A stretch of DNA of 64,000 nt from NCBI GenBank assembly GCA_963805975.1, contig CAWDVR010000003.1:768001-832000 (forward strand). The letters are read 5' to 3'. Shown here piece by piece: positions 53,615-62,790 of the stretch. Every line of letters starts with the position of its first letter. The first letter of the stretch is position 1. Under the pieces are notes generated by a model. It made no database searches. It saw only the letters and a list, made by a program, of their open reading frames with translations, and was not told the origin of the DNA. Made by a program: the position numbers and the translations under genes. The stretch is from an uncultured Acidobacteriota bacterium (GTDB lineage Bacteria > Acidobacteriota > Thermoanaerobaculia > Multivoradales > SZUA-115).

Positions 53615-53836
53615 GAGATCGCCACGGACCTGCGCACTGACGCTGGGCGAGTCGCTTTCCGCCCGACCGGTGGCGGCTTCGATGGCCTATTGCGAGGCGG
53701 CCTCGTGGCGGCGCACTCTGCGCACCAGCGCCGGCTCAGCTGCGATAGAGTGGCAGGCGCATCCAGCAGAGGAATGAATGCGGGAAGGGTCATGACAGGC
53801 CCTTCCCATTCCCAGGGAAGGATCAGGAGGAAGACT

Positions 53837-54250
53837 ATGCGCAAGGCAATCGTCGTTTTCGCCCTCGCCCTCGCCGTGCTCGGCGTTTCGATGGCGCGCG
53901 CCCAGGGCCCCACCACCCAGCCCGGGCTGTTCTTCACCATCGTGAACCAGTGCCCGTCGCCGGTCCGGGGCTTCGCCGTGGGCGACACGCTGTGCCTGCT
54001 CAAGATCAACACGGCGACTTTCACCCGGGCGATCTTCCAGGGCGACATGGTGGCCGGCGAGAAGAAGTCCGCCATGGCCTGCACGGGCGCCGACGGCCAG
54101 GCCGTGGTGCTGTTCGTACCCTCGGTCTCGATGCCGGTGCAGGCGGTCAAGGTGAACGTCAAGCCCGGTCAGGCAGTGCCCATCCCCAGCACTTTCTGTG
54201 GCAAGGCGGTGGGCGACGAGGCTCCGGGCAGCCAGTTCAAGACTGAATAG
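53837..54250 (+). CDS. Small secreted beta-rich protein with 4 Cys
   Basis: AGGAGG RBS and signal peptide MRKAIVVFALALAVLGVSMARA. Confidence 0.6.
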   Translation: MRKAIVVFALALAVLGVSMARAQGPTTQPGLFFTIVNQCPSPVRGFAVGDTLCLLKINTATFTRAIFQGDMVAGEKKSAMACTGADGQAVVLFVPSVSMPVQAVKVNVKPGQAVPIPSTFCGKAVGDEAPGSQFKTE

Positions 54251-55646
54251 CGGGTGCCTCCCGGAACTCGAGCCGGCGCCAGTCGAGGCGCCGGGTGAGG
54301 AACATCACCAGGCCGAGGATCGCGAAGAGGCCGATCGCGCCCATCAGCAGCGCGTAGTCCTCGGCCTGGAGCAGCAGGTAGAGGTAGCCGTAGAGTGTCG
54401 CCAGGCAGGCGAGAAGCAGCCCGGCCCAGCTGGCGCTGCGCAGCAGGCTCTTCGCGTAGCCGGCGATCAATCCTGAGCAGCCTGCCGCGGCCAGCGCGTA
54501 GGCCAGGCCGAAGCCCAGGTGCTCCGAGAGCGCGAGCAGCAGCAGGTAGAAGAGCACCAGCGCGAAGCCCACCAGCAGGTAGTGCATGGCGTAGAGACGC
54601 ACCGGGCTCACCAGCTCGATCAGGAAGAAGGTGAGTGTGGTGAGGAGTATGAAGAGCAGCGCGTACTTCACCGAGCGCTCGGTCTTCTGGTAGTCGTCCG
54701 CCGGCAGAAAGAGGCTCACCCCGAACGACGCGGCGCTGAGCTGGAAGGAGTTCACCTGCTCCCCGGCCCACTGCTGTGGCACCCCGCGGGCGAGGAAAGG
54801 AATCTTCCAGGTGGCCTCGAAGCCTTGCTCGGTGATCCGGTGCGAAGCCGGCAGGAAGGCGCCGCCGAAGCTGGGGGAGGCCCACGGCGAGGTCAGCGCG
54901 ACGCTCGTCTCCTCGCCGGCGGGGAAGAAGTGCAGGTCCCCCGAGCCGCGCAGCACCAGCTCGAAGGAGAACGGGACGAGGCCCTCGGCCCCGGCGCCCG
55001 CTAAGGCCGTGGGGGCGAGCGCGAGCGGCGCGTGCAGGCCGACCGGCAGGAGCTGGGTCTGCGTGGTGCCCGGCAGGAAGGGGTGGGGCTTCCCGGCCCA
55101 GGAGAGGACGGCGCGTTCCTGCAACCCTCGCACCTCGCTCAAGCCCACCACCAGCCGCGCCTGGTTCCACAGCACCTCGTCGTCCGGCTTGATCCCCAGG
55201 GCCGCGAGATCCGGCGCCGCGAACGTGCCTTCGACCGTGAGCCGTGTCTGGTACACCACCGCCTCGAAGATGCCGCGCTTCCTGATCTCGGGCTCGATCG
55301 TGCCTCGCCAGGCGATGGTCCGCGGCAGGAAGTAGCCGGTCCACGGCACGATCACCGGCTCGGGCAGCTCGCGACGGTCCTTGGCGGCGGCCTTCAGATC
55401 CTCCTCCGTGGGCTTGATGACCTCGCGGTAGGGAAGGACGAGGATCGGCCCGGTGAGAGCCTGCGCTCCTCCCCACACGCCGGCTACCTCGTCGGCCACT
55501 TCCGTTTTGCGCTGCGCGCGTTCGCGAATTAGGCCGGTGACCTGGGCCACCGGGATCAGCAGGGCCAGCACCACCAGCCCCAGCACCGCCAGCTTGATCG
55601 GCGTCGACTCGGTCCAGCGGCGGGGGACTTCGTGTGGAGTTTCCAT
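54237..55646 (-). CDS. creD: Inner membrane protein CreD
   Basis: LIRERAQR, QALTGP, RKRGIF, WASPSFGG, YQKTERSVKYA and LLLALSEH. Confidence 0.93.
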   Translation of the reverse strand: METPHEVPRRWTESTPIKLAVLGLVVLALLIPVAQVTGLIRERAQRKTEVADEVAGVWGGAQALTGPILVLPYREVIKPTEEDLKAAAKDRRELPEPVIVPWTGYFLPRTIAWRGTIEPEIRKRGIFEAVVYQTRLTVEGTFAAPDLAALGIKPDDEVLWNQARLVVGLSEVRGLQERAVLSWAGKPHPFLPGTTQTQLLPVGLHAPLALAPTALAGAGAEGLVPFSFELVLRGSGDLHFFPAGEETSVALTSPWASPSFGGAFLPASHRITEQGFEATWKIPFLARGVPQQWAGEQVNSFQLSAASFGVSLFLPADDYQKTERSVKYALLFILLTTLTFFLIELVSPVRLYAMHYLLVGFALVLFYLLLLALSEHLGFGLAYALAAAGCSGLIAGYAKSLLRSASWAGLLLACLATLYGYLYLLLQAEDYALLMGAIGLFAILGLVMFLTRRLDWRRLEFREAPAIQS

Positions 55647-55720
55647 GTCATTCCTCCTGGGAAGGGATCTCGATGGCGAGATTCCAAGCCGCTGCCGTGG
55701 CACGGATGCGGCGAGGATGA

Positions 55721-55755
55721 GGAAAGGTCGGGGAGGAATGTGGCCGCGGCGTGGC
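55721..55755 (-). promoter_or_regulatory. Putative response-regulator binding box (copy 2), upstream of creD
   Basis: 29 of 35 nt identical to 50288-50322. Confidence 0.65.
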
Positions 55756-55837
55756 CCGAAGACGAGCCGGGCGCCGGGCTCGGGGCGTACGAGGCTCGAG
55801 CGACTACAATTCCTCCCATGCCCTCCGAGCTGCCGCC

Positions 55838-57010
55838 GTGAGGGTTCTCCTCACCAACCACACTCTCGCCCACCGCGCGGGGAGCGAGCTCTGCGTGCGC
55901 GACCTGGCGCTGGCGCTCCTGGCGCGGGGGCATCAGCCGATCGCCTACAGCCGCCGCCTGGGCGCGGTGGGCGAGGAGCTGCGGCGGGCCACGGTGCCGG
56001 TGCTCGACGACCTGGGCCGCCTGCAGACGCCGCCGGACCTGATCCACGGTCAGAACCACCTCGAGACCATGACCGCGCTCGCCCGTTTCCCCGGAGTGCC
56101 GGCGATCCACGTTTGCCATGGCTGGCTGCCGCCCGAGGAAGCGCCGCCGCGGCACCCGCGGATCTATCGCCACGTGGTGGTGGACGAGCTGGGCCGGCAA
56201 CGGCTGGTGGAGGAGTGCGCGGTCCCGCCCGAGCGCGTGGTGACGATCCGCAACTGGGTGGACCTCGACCGCTTTCGCCCGCGCGAGCGGCCCCTGCCGC
56301 CGGCCCCGCAGCGGATCCTGCTGTTCAGCAACCTGATGGACGAATCCACGGGCGCGGGCGCGGTTCGCGAAGCCTGTCGAGCGGCCGGCCTGCCGCTCGA
56401 CAGGCTCGGTCTTGCGGCCGGCCGGCCCTGCGAGCGGCCCGAGGAGGTGCTCGGCGAGTACGACGTGGTGCTGGCCAAGGGGCGTGCCGCGCTCGAGGCC
56501 GCGGCCGTGGGGTGCGCCGTGATCCTCTGCGACACGGTGGGGCTGGGGCCGATGGTGACCGCTGCCGAGCTGCCGCACCTGCGCGCCTTCAACTTCGGCG
56601 TGCGGGTGCTCTCCGCGCCGATCACCGCCGCCGGCATCGCCCGCGAGCTGGCGCGCTACGAGCCCGCGGACGCGGCACAGGTCTCGCGGCAGGTGCGTGC
56701 CGAGGCCGGCCTGTCGGCGGCGGTCGATCAGTACCTGGCGCTCTACGCCGAGGTGCTCGCCGAGCATCACGCACGACCGCTGCCGGACCCCGAGGAAGAG
56801 GGCCGCGCCGTGGCCGCCTACCTGCGCCATGGCCCGCTCTCGGCCGGCGATTTCTTCCAGGCCGAGCGCGAGCGCCTGCTGGCCGAGGCCGCGAGGCTGC
56901 GCGCCGAGATCGGGTGGATGCAGGCGACCGCCGCTTGGCGCTGGCGCGAGCGGCTGGTGGGCCGGCGCTGGCTCCGGAGCCTCTACCGCGCCGTTTTCCG
57001 ACGGCAGTAG
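55838..57010 (+). CDS. GT-B (GT4-like) glycosyltransferase with C-terminal coiled coil
   Basis: RVLLTN...AGSEL, PDLIHG, NWVDLDRF and RAALEAAAVG. Confidence 0.8.
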   Translation: MRVLLTNHTLAHRAGSELCVRDLALALLARGHQPIAYSRRLGAVGEELRRATVPVLDDLGRLQTPPDLIHGQNHLETMTALARFPGVPAIHVCHGWLPPEEAPPRHPRIYRHVVVDELGRQRLVEECAVPPERVVTIRNWVDLDRFRPRERPLPPAPQRILLFSNLMDESTGAGAVREACRAAGLPLDRLGLAAGRPCERPEEVLGEYDVVLAKGRAALEAAAVGCAVILCDTVGLGPMVTAAELPHLRAFNFGVRVLSAPITAAGIARELARYEPADAAQVSRQVRAEAGLSAAVDQYLALYAEVLAEHHARPLPDPEEEGRAVAAYLRHGPLSAGDFFQAERERLLAEAARLRAEIGWMQATAAWRWRERLVGRRWLRSLYRAVFRRQ

Positions 57011-57041
57011 CATCCGCCTGAGCCGTGCTACTCTGCCGCCG

Positions 57042-57305
57042 ATGCGCCGTCCGACCGCTTACGTCCTCCTTGCGCTGATTGCCGTGCTCCTCGCCGGCGC
57101 CGCGTGGGACGACTGTGAGGCCGACGAGGGTGGCTGCCCGCCGGGCTGCCATCTCGCCTGCGCCGACGGCTGCGGCGTCGCGCCCTCGCTCGAGCTGCCG
57201 GCGCCGCGCGTGACGCTGGTGCCGCTCGAAGCCGTCGGTCTCTCGGCCGACCTGCTCCCCGCCTCGTCCGCTCCCCGCCCCGAGATCGGCCCTCCGCGAG
57301 CCTAG
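57042..57305 (+). CDS. Small exported Cys/His-rich peptide ending in PPRA (DUF2946/CzcI-like)
   Basis: Signal-like N-terminus, CPPGCHLACADGC and C-terminal RPEIGPPRA. First gene of the metal-efflux operon. Confidence 0.65.
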   Translation: MRRPTAYVLLALIAVLLAGAAWDDCEADEGGCPPGCHLACADGCGVAPSLELPAPRVTLVPLEAVGLSADLLPASSAPRPEIGPPRA

Positions 57306-57372
57306 AGAAGCGTCGTTCCGCCGACCGGCAGGTGCCGGCCGGCAACGCTTTTCTAGGCTTCAGGAGGAGTGA

Positions 57373-58578
57373 ATGCACGCCCTTGCAGTGCTGGCGCTCG
57401 TCGTTGCGCTGGCGGCGGAGCTGCCGCCGGCCGTGACACTTTCCGATCTTCTGGCTCGCGCCCGGCCCTCGCCCGAGCTGTTGCAGGCCGAGGCGCGCAT
57501 CGCCGAGCTGGAGCGCGCGCTCGCCGAGACCGCCGGGCGGCTGCGCGAGGGGCCGACGGTCGCCTTGGCGGCCGGCCCGCGCCGCGCCGAGGGCTCGACC
57601 GAGCCGGACCTCGGCCTCGATCTCGAGCTGCCGCTCTTTTCCGGCGGCGGCACGAGGGAGAGGCTCGCGAGCCTGCTCCAGGCATCCTCCGCGGCCTGGC
57701 GGGCGGAGGCTCGGGCCCTCGCCGAGGCGCGCCTGCGATCGGCGTACCTCGCCGCGTGGGCTGCCGAGCGACGCCTTGCCCTGCGCCGCGACGAGCTGGC
57801 CACCGCGGAGCGCCTGCTCGGTGTGGCGCGGCGGCGGGTGGAGGCCGGCGCGGAGCCGCCCTACCAGTCCGTGCTCGCCGCGGCGGATCACGCCGTGGCC
57901 GGGATGGCGGTGGCCGAAGCCGAGGGCGAGCGCGCCCGTGCCTGGGCCGAGATCGCGGTGCTGGCGGAGCCGGGTACGGAAGGAGCGTTGGCCGACCCGG
58001 AACCGGACCGAGACGGGGCGAGGCCAGTGCCTTCGGACTCTGCAGGGCTCGATGCGACGGGGCTCCGCGAGCGGCTCGCGGCCGGCGCGCTCCGTGCCGC
58101 TGCCGTGGCGCGCGGGGAAGTGGCCGAAGCGCTGGCCCGCCTCGGCGCCGCCCGCGACGACTCGCGATGGAGCCTCGCCTCCGGCGTGGCACGCGAGGCG
58201 GACGAGCGCGTGGCGCGGGTCGGCGTCGCCTACCGCTTCGCGCGGCGCGGAGAGCGCGAGGCTCTCGTCCGCGCCACCGAGGCGGCGGCCCACGCCGCGC
58301 GCCGGGAGGCCGAGGTGGAGTCCGCCGGTCTCGCCGCCAGGCTCGACGCGGCCCTCGGCCGGCGCCGCGCCCTCGCGGCGTCACCGGCTCCGGTCGCGAC
58401 CGAGCCGGCGCTCGCCGCGCTCGAGCTGCGCCTCACCGAAGGCAAGTCCTCGCTCTCCGAAGTGCTGCTCCTCCGGCGCCAGCTCGTGGCCGCACGCGAG
58501 GCCACGCTCGACCGCCGCCTCGCGCTCCATCAGGTGGACGCCGAGATCCTTCTCCTGACTGCCGAGGTGACGCCATGA
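57373..58578 (+). CDS. TolC/CzcC-like outer membrane efflux protein
   Basis: Signal peptide, SPELL, LELPLF and Ala-rich helices. Upstream of the adaptor and RND genes. Confidence 0.8.
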   Translation: MHALAVLALVVALAAELPPAVTLSDLLARARPSPELLQAEARIAELERALAETAGRLREGPTVALAAGPRRAEGSTEPDLGLDLELPLFSGGGTRERLASLLQASSAAWRAEARALAEARLRSAYLAAWAAERRLALRRDELATAERLLGVARRRVEAGAEPPYQSVLAAADHAVAGMAVAEAEGERARAWAEIAVLAEPGTEGALADPEPDRDGARPVPSDSAGLDATGLRERLAAGALRAAAVARGEVAEALARLGAARDDSRWSLASGVAREADERVARVGVAYRFARRGEREALVRATEAAAHAARREAEVESAGLAARLDAALGRRRALAASPAPVATEPALAALELRLTEGKSSLSEVLLLRRQLVAAREATLDRRLALHQVDAEILLLTAEVTP

Positions 58579-59738
58579 GGTTCTGCCGCGCTCTGCTCCC
58601 CTGGTTCTCGATCGTCGTCCTCGCCGCGGCCTGCGGCCGTGGGGCCTCCGATCCTGCGGAAGACGAGCACGCAGCGGCCGCCCACGAGCACGAGGAATCG
58701 GGCCACCAGGACTCACCCGGCGAGCACGGGACGCCGGGCCGGCTGCCCCTCGCCGGCGTGCGCGGCGTCTCGTTCGAGACCGTGGGCCAGCCGCAGCAGG
58801 AGTGGGTGTGGTACGCGGCCGAAGCGCTCGCCGAGGAAGGGGCCGTGGCCTCGCTCGCGGCGCCGGTGTCCGGCGTGATCGTCGCCCTGCACGCCTCCCC
58901 CGGCGAGCGGGTGGCGGCCGGCGCGCCGATCGTCGCCCTGCGCAGCCCGGAGGTCGCCGACCTCAAGGCCGTCTGGCTTTCGGCAGAGGCGCGCCGCGTG
59001 CGGGCCGAGAAGGAGGTCGAGCGGGAGAGGCGCCTCTACGCGGGACAGGCAACGTCCCAGCGCGACCTGGAGTCCGCCGAGGCCGATGCCGCGGTGGCGG
59101 CGGCCGACGAGGAGGCGGCGCGCCTGGCGCTCTCCGCGCGCGGGCTGTCGGTCCGGGAGGCCGGGGCGAGTGTCACCGTGCGCGCGCTGCGCGCCGGCAC
59201 CGTCGCCGCCCTGCCGGTGCGGCTCGGCCAGAACGTGGCGGCCGGCGAAGCGCTCGGAGAGCTGCTCACCGGGGCGGCGCGCCTGGCGCGGGTCGAGCTG
59301 CCGCTCCCGGCTCCCGAGGCGTGGGAAGCGGGAGCCGCCAGCGAGGTGCGGCGCTCGGACGGGCGCCGCTGGCCGGCCCGCGTGGAAGGCGTGCCGGCCG
59401 CGCTGACCAGCGACACCCGGCGCCTGGCCTACCGCCTGCGCCTGGAAGGTGACGACCTCCCGGTGCCCGGCACGCCGCTCGAGGCGCGCGTGCCGCTGGC
59501 GCGAGGGCTGGTGCTGCCGCAGACCGCCTTGCAGCAGATCGAAGGCGCCTGGGGCGTCTTCGTGCGCGACGGCGAAGAGGCCTCCTTCCGGCCGGTGCAG
59601 AAGGGAGCGGAGCTCGGCGGCGACGTGCTGGTGCTCGCGGGTTTGGAGCCTGGCGAGACCGTGGCCACGGACGGCGCCTACCTGCTCAAGGCCCTGCACC
59701 TGAAGCTCGCGGGCGGAGGGGGCGGCCATGACCACTGA
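58575..59738 (+). CDS. RND periplasmic adaptor (CzcB-like) lipoprotein
   Basis: LAAAC lipobox, His-rich linker, APVSGVI, GLEPGETVATDGAYLLK and GHDH tail. Confidence 0.88.
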   Translation: MRFCRALLPWFSIVVLAAACGRGASDPAEDEHAAAAHEHEESGHQDSPGEHGTPGRLPLAGVRGVSFETVGQPQQEWVWYAAEALAEEGAVASLAAPVSGVIVALHASPGERVAAGAPIVALRSPEVADLKAVWLSAEARRVRAEKEVERERRLYAGQATSQRDLESAEADAAVAAADEEAARLALSARGLSVREAGASVTVRALRAGTVAALPVRLGQNVAAGEALGELLTGAARLARVELPLPAPEAWEAGAASEVRRSDGRRWPARVEGVPAALTSDTRRLAYRLRLEGDDLPVPGTPLEARVPLARGLVLPQTALQQIEGAWGVFVRDGEEASFRPVQKGAELGGDVLVLAGLEPGETVATDGAYLLKALHLKLAGGGGGHDH

Positions 59739-62700
59739 GACCCATCGCGGCCTGAGGCGGTGGTTCGAGGGAGTGCTCCGCCACAAGGGATGGAGCGTGG
59801 CCCTCTCCCTCCTGCTGGGGGTCGCGGGAGGGCTCACCTTCTCGAGCCTGCGCCGGGACCTGTTCCCGGACCTGGCCCTGCCCACCATCCAGTTGCTGAT
59901 GCAGAGCCCCGGCCGCGCGCCCTCGGAGCTGGAGCTCGCCGTGGCCCAGCCCGTCGAGCAGGCGCTCAACGGCCTGCCCGGCGTACGGCGGGTCACCAGC
60001 ACCATCCAGGCCGGCGTGGTGCAGGTGATCGTCGCCTTCGAGAGCGGCGTCGATCCCTGGCGTTCGCGCCAGCTCGTGGCGGAGAAGCTCTCCGGCGTCG
60101 TGGGCGGCTTCCCCGAGGGCACCTCGGCGCCCCTGATGACCTCGGCCGCCGGGCGCCTGCAGGAGATCCAGGAGCTGGTGCTGCAGGGGCCGGTGGTGGA
60201 CCCGATGAAGCTGCGCGACCACGCGGTCAAGGTGCTCGTGCCGCGGCTGCAGTCGGTGCCCGGGGTGGCACGCATCGAGCTCCTGGGCGGCGAAGGGCGC
60301 CAGCTCCAGGTCTCGATCTCGCCCGAGCGCATGCGCCTCGCCGGGGTCTCCCTGGAGCAGATCATCGAAGCCCTCGAGGGCAGCGAGAAGGACTCTTCGG
60401 CAGGCGTTCTCGAGATCCGGGACAAGCAGTGGTACGTCACCGTCGGCACTCTGACCGAGACCCCCGAGGCGGCGCGGCGGCTCCCGGTCCACACGGCGCG
60501 CGGCCTGGTGGCGCTGGGGGACCTGGCCGAGGTGCGGGAGGCGCCCGAGTTCCGGCAGGGGCTCGCTCGCTACCAAGGGTTCGAGGCGGTGTCGATGCGG
60601 GTCATCAAGCAGCCCACGGCGGAGACCCTGGCGACGGCGGAGCGGGTGCGCCTGGCCTTGCCCGATCTGCGCAAGACCCTGCCGGAAGGCATGTCGCTCG
60701 ACCTCTTCTACGACCAGGGGCGCCTGGTCGAGCACGCCCTGGGCGGCGTGACGCAGGCGCTCCTGGTGGGCGCGATCTTCGTGGCGCTGGTGCTGGTGGT
60801 TCTGCTGGGCAGCCTGCGGGGCGCGCTGATCGTGCTCGTGGTGCTGCCCCTTGCCACGCTCGGCGCGGCGCTGCCGCTCAAGGCGCTCGGCCTGGGGCTC
60901 AACGCCATGACGCTCGGCGGGCTCGCCATCGCCGTGGGCCTGCTGGTGGATGCCGGGGTGATCATGGTGGAGAACCTTGTTCACCGGCTGCACGTTCTCG
61001 GGCCGGGCGCAACCCGATCCGCGGTCCTCGCTCGCGCGGCGGCGGAGGTGGCGGTGCCGATCGCCACTGCCGTGCTGGTGATCCTGGCGGTCTTCATTCC
61101 ACTGCTGGCCCTCGGCGGCGTGGCCGGGCGGCTCTATGCGCCGCTTTCCGTCTCCGTGGCGTCGGCGATGGCGATCTCGCTCGTCCTCTCGTTCACCCTG
61201 GTGCCGGTGCTGGTGGATCGGTTCCTGCCGCCGGGCACGCGGCTCGACGAGCCGCGCCTGGTGCGGGGGATCAAGAAGCTCTATCGGCCGGTGCTCGACC
61301 TGGTGCTGCGCCACGGGCTGGCGGCCCAGCTCATCGCCCTGGCCGTGGCGCTGCCCGCCCTCCTGCTGGCCGCTCGCCTGGGCTCGAACTTCCTCCCGGC
61401 GCTGGACGAGGGAGCGCTCATGGCCCAGACGCTCCTCACCTCGGACGCCAGCCTGCCGGCGATCGACGCGGCGAACGGACAGTTCGAGGAAGCGATCGCC
61501 AAGGTCCCCGGGGTCCGCGCCTCCTACCGCCGCACCGGCCGCGGCGAGGTGACGGAAGACCCGATGCCCACCTACCTGTCGGACATTCTCATCGTCCTCG
61601 AAGAGGGCGCGGAGCCGGGCGAGGTGGAACGAGAGCTGGTGGAGATCGGCGAGCACATGCCGTTCGCCGTCGAGCTGACGACGCCGATGAACATGCGCAT
61701 CTCGGAGGGCATCGGCGGCACGCCCGCGGACATCCAGGTCGAGCTCTTCAACCCGGACCTCGACGCGATCGCGCCGCGCATGACCGCCCTTCAAGAACAG
61801 ATCTCCGAGGTACCCGGCGTGGTGAGCGTGACCCCGGACACCGGGGCGTCGCTCCCCCGCTGGCGCCTCATCCCCGACGACGACGCCCTGCGCCTGCTCG
61901 ACGTGCCGCGCCCGGCGCTCCTGCGCACGGTGCAGGCGGCCCTCCAGGGCATCCCGCTCGAGCCGCGCTTCGACGGGCCGCAGCGCATAGAGCGCGCCGT
62001 GCGCTTTCCGAACGACGGCCGGCTCACCGCCGAGTCCATCAAGCGGCTGCCGATCGTGGTCGAGGAGGGGCGCATCGTCGAGGTCGGCCAGGTGTCGCGG
62101 CTGGTGGAAGAGACGATGCCGTCGATGATCCGGCGCAAGAACGGCCAGCGCCGGCTGGGCTTCAACGTCCGGACGGCGGGTGACCTGGGAGGGACGGCGC
62201 GCCGGCTGGAACAGGCGCTGGCCGGCATCGAGCTGCCGCCGGGGACCTCGGTGGCGCTGGCGGGCAAGATCGAGGAGGCGCGAGAGACCCAACGCCGGCT
62301 GCTCGCCGCGAGCGCCGTGGCGCTGGCGCTGGTGGTCTTCCTGCTGTTCCTGGCCCTCGGCCGCGTGCGCGAGGTCCTGGTGGTGGTGGGAACGCTGCCG
62401 CTCGCCTTCGCGGGCGGCCTCTACGCGCTCTGGCTGGCGGGGGAGACCTGGAACGCCAGCTCGATCGTCGGCATCATCGGCCTCTTCGGCGTGGCCGTCC
62501 AGAACAGCCTGGTGCTGATCTCCCAGACCCAGTCGCTGCTGGCCCAAGGTATGCCGTTCCGCGAAGCGCTGCGGGAAGCCTCCCTCGGCCGCGTGCGGCC
62601 CAAGCTGATGACCGCCGGCGCGGCGATCCTCGGCTTGGCCCCCATGCTGCTCGGCTTCGGCGGCTCCGAGCTCGAACGGCCGCTCGCGGTGGTGATGATC

Positions 62701-62790
62701 GGGGGCCTCGTCACCTCGACGCTCTTCACCTTGCTCGTGCTGCCCTCCGTTTACGCGAAGTTTGGCCAGGGGAGCGAGGCCTCGCCATGA
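59728..62790 (+). CDS. Heavy-metal efflux RND permease (CzcA/CusA family)
   Basis: DLFPDL, AIAVGLLVDAGVIMVEN, FLPALDEG, RVRPKLMT and RPLAVVMIGG. Confidence 0.93.
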   Translation: MTTETHRGLRRWFEGVLRHKGWSVALSLLLGVAGGLTFSSLRRDLFPDLALPTIQLLMQSPGRAPSELELAVAQPVEQALNGLPGVRRVTSTIQAGVVQVIVAFESGVDPWRSRQLVAEKLSGVVGGFPEGTSAPLMTSAAGRLQEIQELVLQGPVVDPMKLRDHAVKVLVPRLQSVPGVARIELLGGEGRQLQVSISPERMRLAGVSLEQIIEALEGSEKDSSAGVLEIRDKQWYVTVGTLTETPEAARRLPVHTARGLVALGDLAEVREAPEFRQGLARYQGFEAVSMRVIKQPTAETLATAERVRLALPDLRKTLPEGMSLDLFYDQGRLVEHALGGVTQALLVGAIFVALVLVVLLGSLRGALIVLVVLPLATLGAALPLKALGLGLNAMTLGGLAIAVGLLVDAGVIMVENLVHRLHVLGPGATRSAVLARAAAEVAVPIATAVLVILAVFIPLLALGGVAGRLYAPLSVSVASAMAISLVLSFTLVPVLVDRFLPPGTRLDEPRLVRGIKKLYRPVLDLVLRHGLAAQLIALAVALPALLLAARLGSNFLPALDEGALMAQTLLTSDASLPAIDAANGQFEEAIAKVPGVRASYRRTGRGEVTEDPMPTYLSDILIVLEEGAEPGEVERELVEIGEHMPFAVELTTPMNMRISEGIGGTPADIQVELFNPDLDAIAPRMTALQEQISEVPGVVSVTPDTGASLPRWRLIPDDDALRLLDVPRPALLRTVQAALQGIPLEPRFDGPQRIERAVRFPNDGRLTAESIKRLPIVVEEGRIVEVGQVSRLVEETMPSMIRRKNGQRRLGFNVRTAGDLGGTARRLEQALAGIELPPGTSVALAGKIEEARETQRRLLAASAVALALVVFLLFLALGRVREVLVVVGTLPLAFAGGLYALWLAGETWNASSIVGIIGLFGVAVQNSLVLISQTQSLLAQGMPFREALREASLGRVRPKLMTAGAAILGLAPMLLGFGGSELERPLAVVMIGGLVTSTLFTLLVLPSVYAKFGQGSEASP

